Positions 37,916 through 41,147 of a stretch of 41,147 nt of DNA are shown piece after piece. The notes under the pieces were generated by a model, which searched no databases, had not been told where the DNA came from, and worked only from the letters and a program-made list of their open reading frames with translations. The first letter of the stretch is position 1. Each line of letters starts with the position of its first letter. Location of the stretch: NCBI GenBank assembly GCA_020848255.1, contig JADLAJ010000074.1, forward strand, positions 1 through 41,147. The letters run 5' to 3'. The stretch comes from Chitinophagales bacterium (GTDB taxonomy: Bacteria > Bacteroidota > Bacteroidia > Chitinophagales > JADIYW01). The position numbers were made by a program, and so were the translations under genes.

Positions 37916-37984
37916 TGTGCTGTAAGCACAATATATTGGTAGGAAAAAATAGTAAACGGAAATGGTGCCATAGGCACCCAATAG
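37916..37984. repeat. REP-like 69-nt repeat, right copy (direct orientation, roughly 85-90% identical to 37052-37120 by eye)
   Basis: tgtgctgtaagcacaatatattggtaggaaaaaatagtaaacggaaatggtgccataggcacccaata. Confidence 0.8.
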
Positions 37985-38083
37985 TATTATTTATGCTTTT
38001 CAAACGACACAGCATAGTTTTATAAAAAAATAATCAAGCACAAGCACGCAAATTAAAGGCTGCATGTTTGCGCAAGATGGGGG

Positions 38084-38626
38084 TTAATGTTGAAATGCTC
38101 CAGTTCCTTGGTTATAGGTTAAACTGTCTAAATAAGTAAGAATATTTATTAAACCCGGATATTCTTTATTAAAGTCACTTAAAATGTCCTTGGAATTAGT
38201 GCTATGCCAATCTGCAGGGTCATGGGTAGCATGAACATTTCTATGTCTATTCCTAACAATCTCATTTAAGAATGTGATGTCTTTATTTGTAAATCTACCT
38301 GCATTATAACCTAGGACAATGTCGAAGTTAAGAAGTCTCAAAACTTCTGCTCGGATATTTGAGTATTCAGGGTTATTAATTTTTTTAAGTTCTGATTCTA
38401 AAGCTGTCAATTGTTGAGCATTGTCACCTCGCATTCTTGCACAATTGTATATTATAAGCTTTAGGCTTCCTTCAAGAAACCTAGTTGCTAGAGCATAAAT
38501 AGTTATGTTCAATAAAGATTGAACTCTTATTGACCCGTGGCTGTCAGCTTTGACAGAAAGTGCAACTGCTACATTTCTATCTAAGTCAACTTTAAAAGTT
38601 TCTATGTCTGGACAATTAAAGGGCAT
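38084..38626 (-). CDS. HEPN-like protein (putative RNase effector)
   Basis: 180 aa and apparently helical. It contains NEIVRNRHRNVHATH, that is R-x4-H (RHRNVH), positioned as in HEPN domains. It starts 4 nt after the DUF262 stop codon. Confidence 0.6.
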   Translation of the reverse strand: MPFNCPDIETFKVDLDRNVAVALSVKADSHGSIRVQSLLNITIYALATRFLEGSLKLIIYNCARMRGDNAQQLTALESELKKINNPEYSNIRAEVLRLLNFDIVLGYNAGRFTNKDITFLNEIVRNRHRNVHATHDPADWHSTNSKDILSDFNKEYPGLINILTYLDSLTYNQGTGAFQH

Positions 38627-38630
38627 AACC

Positions 38631-39722
38631 TTACTTTAAATTTAGAAAGTAATTTCTTGCAAGGTCTATTCTACCTTTAACGCTGGTTTCGCCAGATGTT
38701 CCAGAAGTTACATGTTTTTTATAATCATCGTCGTGAATAAGTCTTTGGTAGTTTTCTTTAATGTTTTTAAGTTCTTTACCAGCTATAATCGTTTGAGCAA
38801 TAGCAACCATTAGAGAGTCACAAATTGATTTGTTTATTGAACGTGTTGTTTTAAAAGCCCGTTCGCCTATTTCTGTATAAATTATATTTACTGTTTTTTC
38901 AAAAATCGTTTGGTTTGATTCAATAAACGAATTATTATTCTTGTTGTCTTTCTGATAGTTAGACAGGAATAATTTCATTGAAGGTGCGTAGTTTTGAACA
39001 CCGTGTAACAGTGCAAAAAACCTTAATACTAACTCTGCATCTCTTAATCGTTTATCAGGTATGTTTTTATCAAGTAATTTTCTCCAATTAGTGTTTTTAT
39101 TTAAATCAAGAAGTTGTTTGTTGAATATCCCAGTGTAAACACAATTTCTGATTTCTTGGTCAGTCAGAGGCATGCCACCAGTGTTTAATCTGTGAAATAA
39201 GTCATGTACAACTTCCGGTCGAGAATTGATGTCCTCGATTATTGTTGTGTTTAAAACAGCATTTCTAATTCGCTTTTTAAATTTATCATCTAATTCTGCA
39301 TAGGTCTGATTATTCCAAGCTCTGTCTTTTAAGTTTCTCAAAGAGAAAATTGTTTCATTCTCGTCACTAATAAACTTACCTGTCATAAAGTAATAAGCAG
39401 ATTTTAATCTTTGTTGTCCATCTATTACAATATAATTCTCATCTTCTTTACTTTTACCTAGAAAAATACTTGGAATAGGTAGTCCAATGATAAGTGAATC
39501 AATAAACAAACTTGCCCTGTTTATATCCCAAACAAAATCTCTTTGGAATTCAGGTTTCAAATTGATTTCTTCATTATCAACTTTTAGCTTCAATACTTCA
39601 ACTGTATTTGCTACGTTATATGAAACAATTTTTTGAAGTTCTTCAATAGAAGACTCTTCTACTTCTTCCATTTCTTCGTTTTCAAATTCAAGCTCGTCTG
39701 TGTTTTTTAATTCGTCAGTCAT
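38631..39722 (-). CDS. DUF262 (ParB-like/GmrSD N-terminal) domain protein lacking a DUF1524/His-Me nuclease domain
   Basis: PEFQRDFVWD, IVIDGQQRL and FHRLNTGGMPLTDQEIRN are the hallmark DUF262 motifs. The acidic N-terminus and the ~170-aa C-terminal region show no nuclease motif that I can see. Confidence 0.8.
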   Translation of the reverse strand: MTDELKNTDELEFENEEMEEVEESSIEELQKIVSYNVANTVEVLKLKVDNEEINLKPEFQRDFVWDINRASLFIDSLIIGLPIPSIFLGKSKEDENYIVIDGQQRLKSAYYFMTGKFISDENETIFSLRNLKDRAWNNQTYAELDDKFKKRIRNAVLNTTIIEDINSRPEVVHDLFHRLNTGGMPLTDQEIRNCVYTGIFNKQLLDLNKNTNWRKLLDKNIPDKRLRDAELVLRFFALLHGVQNYAPSMKLFLSNYQKDNKNNNSFIESNQTIFEKTVNIIYTEIGERAFKTTRSINKSICDSLMVAIAQTIIAGKELKNIKENYQRLIHDDDYKKHVTSGTSGETSVKGRIDLARNYFLNLK

Positions 39723-39898
39723 ATTGTTTTATTTTTTGAATATTTAATTTATTCTTTGTTATTTTATCTTTATGTGTAACTTATTTAGATATTCTGTAAA
39801 GTTGCACGATACGAACTAACAGAAGATTTTATATGCGCAACTTTAGAGTATATTATTCAAATATACTTTTATATTATTAAAAATTAAAATGTAATCGT

Positions 39899-40831
39899 TT
39901 ATTTTAATTCCAAAAACCTCAAATTTCTTTTCAACCCCTCATACTTCGTTCTCTTCACCGCAGAGTTCCGGAAGAGTTCATTAAAAACGTCTTCGGTAAT
40001 TTCCTGCCATTCGCGGCGGTTCATGCTAAGCAGCTTTGGGTTTGGTGTAAATTTGGGTTCATTATGTACTTTGGAAAAACGGTTCCAGGGGCATACGTCC
40101 TGGCAAACATCGCAGCCAAACATCCAGTCGTCAAATTTATCTTTATAGCTTGTGGGTATCGCGTCTTTCAACTCTATTGTAAAATAGGAAATGCATTTGC
40201 TACCGTCCACCACTTTGTTTTCTACAATGGCGCCGGTAGGGCAGGCGTCCATGCAGGCGGTGCAGGTGCCGCAGTGGTCGGTGGCAAAAGGTGCGTCGTA
40301 TGCCAGATCGGCATCCACAATAATTTCTGCTAAAAAGAAAAAAGAGCCTTGAGTTTTATTGATTAACAAGGAATGTTTGCCCACCCAGCCTATGCCGGCC
40401 TTGCTGGCCCAGGCACGTTCCATCACGGGCGCGGAATCTACAAAACATCTGCCGTGTATCTCACCAATTTCCTGCTGCATGTTGCGCAATAAGATTTTCA
40501 GTTTGTCTTTTACCACGTGGTGGTAGTCTTCACCGTAGGCATATTTGGACAGTTTCGATGCCTCACTGTTTTGTTTTTGGTCGGTGTAGTAGTTGTAGCT
40601 AAGAGAGATAACGGATTTGGCGCCGGGTACCAGTATTCTCGGGTCAAGGCGCATGTCGAAATGGTTTTCCAGGTAGTGCATCTCGCCCTGATAGTTGCGT
40701 TTCAGCCATTCTTCCAATTTGGGTGCTTCTTCTTCCAGAAATTCAGCTTTGGCAATTCCGCAGTGGCTGAAGCCAAGTTCTGTAGCCCATTGTTTTATTT
40801 GTTTGCTATATTTTTCTTTGTCAGCCAGCAC
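39899..40831 (-). CDS. queG: Epoxyqueuosine reductase
   Basis: GTG start. Two ferredoxin-type clusters ([23 protein letters not shown]) and N-terminal similarity to QueG ([13 protein letters not shown]). Confidence 0.88.
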   Translation of the reverse strand: MLADKEKYSKQIKQWATELGFSHCGIAKAEFLEEEAPKLEEWLKRNYQGEMHYLENHFDMRLDPRILVPGAKSVISLSYNYYTDQKQNSEASKLSKYAYGEDYHHVVKDKLKILLRNMQQEIGEIHGRCFVDSAPVMERAWASKAGIGWVGKHSLLINKTQGSFFFLAEIIVDADLAYDAPFATDHCGTCTACMDACPTGAIVENKVVDGSKCISYFTIELKDAIPTSYKDKFDDWMFGCDVCQDVCPWNRFSKVHNEPKFTPNPKLLSMNRREWQEITEDVFNELFRNSAVKRTKYEGLKRNLRFLELK

Positions 40832-40904
40832 CCTGTAAAATTAGCATAGAATATTTATCATTCAAGTTATTAATCCACCTTTGTAAACTTTTGACATCTA
40901 TTTA

Positions 40905-41009
40905 CACACCCCTCAGTCCCCTCTCAAGAGGGGAAGCCGGATAGTGCGATTATTTCTGACGGCTGAATGCAACGGATTTCCCCTCCTCGGAGGGGATTAA
41001 GGGGTGGGT
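40905..41009. repeat. REPIN-like inverted doublet of GC-rich hairpin units
   Basis: Left unit: cacccctcag-tcccctc-tcaa-gagggga (hairpin 40917-40934). Right unit in inverse orientation: tcccctc-ctcg-gagggga-ttaaggggtg (hairpin 40979-40996). A spacer of about 35 nt separates them. Confidence 0.7.
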
Positions 41010-41013
41010 AAAA

Positions 41014-41147
41014 CTACCACACAATCCCAATCTTTCCAATGGTTTTGCGGGATTCCAGATCGTCGTGTGCCTGGTAGATGTCTTTGGCGGCATACATTTT
41101 TCCAACATGCGGATCGATCTTTCCTTCGTGCAGCAATTGTATCACAC
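41014..41147 (-). CDS. C-terminal 44 codons of an MDR-superfamily (zinc-type alcohol dehydrogenase/quinone oxidoreductase-like) protein; gene runs off the right edge
   Basis: My own translation gives VIQLLHEGKIDPHVGKMYAAKDIYQAHDDLESRKTIGKIGIVW-stop, which resembles MDR C-termini (..ES.K..GKIVL). Not in the supplied ORF track. Confidence 0.55.
   Translation of the reverse strand, partial: VIQLLHEGKIDPHVGKMYAAKDIYQAHDDLESRKTIGKIGIVW

Larger units (their letters stand above)
37052..37984 (-). mobile_element. IS200/RAYT-like unit: Y1 transposase bracketed by direct 69-nt hairpin repeats
   Basis: This combines the three preceding features. The boundaries are the outer ends of the two repeat copies, and I saw no target-site duplication. 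Confidence 0.6.

Noticed and set aside
38047-38072. Hairpin cgcaaa-N14-tttgcg downstream of the HEPN gene, considered as a possible terminator
   Set aside because: The stem is only 6 bp, the loop is 14 nt, and the T-run on the minus strand is about 12 nt away. This is too weak to call.
32396-39898. A tRNA gene, integrase or att-type direct repeats that would delimit a genomic island
   Set aside because: I found no tRNA-like sequence and no tyrosine or serine recombinase ORF in the window. The only bracketing repeats are the 69-nt copies around the Y1 transposase.
40064-40849. 89-aa and 110-aa plus-strand ORFs opposite queG
   Set aside because: They are antisense shadows of a well-supported, GC-rich gene, and their translations are low-complexity.

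Overview
This 41.1-kb window looks like a chromosomal segment from a Bacteroidota genome. The taxon call is an inference from three things: type IX secretion (T9SS) cargo with a PorP/SprF gene, A-rich leaders without Shine-Dalgarno sequences, and TAnnTTTG promoter-like motifs.

Layout:
- 1-10.8 kb: housekeeping and miscellaneous genes. These are a DEAD-box helicase fragment, two VOC proteins, a YciI-like protein, an EamA transporter, DUF962, an esterase-like lipoprotein, a histidine kinase/response regulator pair, dcd, a fatty-acid desaturase and an ABC1/UbiB-type kinase.
- 10.9-27.7 kb: one minus-strand T9SS locus. Three giant paralogous surface proteins (1282/1294, 1463 and 2152 aa) each carry a gliding-motility/CHU_C (type-B) C-terminal sorting domain and long internal tandem repeats. 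They are followed by a PorP/SprF-like protein fused to an OmpA-like domain, then a strong terminator.
- 27.8-32.2 kb: a Kir-type K+ channel, a Cys-rich lipoprotein, prfC and a PaaI-type thioesterase.
- 32.4-39.7 kb: a compositionally mosaic accessory patch. It holds a tiny secreted protein built from six IDPTGN(K) repeats, a divergently transcribed 497-aa helical protein, two very AT-rich hypothetical genes, a subclass B1 metallo-beta-lactamase, an IS200/RAYT-like Y1 transposase bracketed by 69-nt hairpin repeats, and a tightly coupled DUF262 + HEPN gene pair.
- 39.9-41.1 kb: queG, a REPIN-like inverted repeat and the 3' end of an MDR-family dehydrogenase.

The DUF262 + HEPN pair is my best candidate for an uncharacterised defence/toxin system. 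I found no rRNA, tRNA or CRISPR array. All domain calls come from reading motifs in the translations; I ran no database search.
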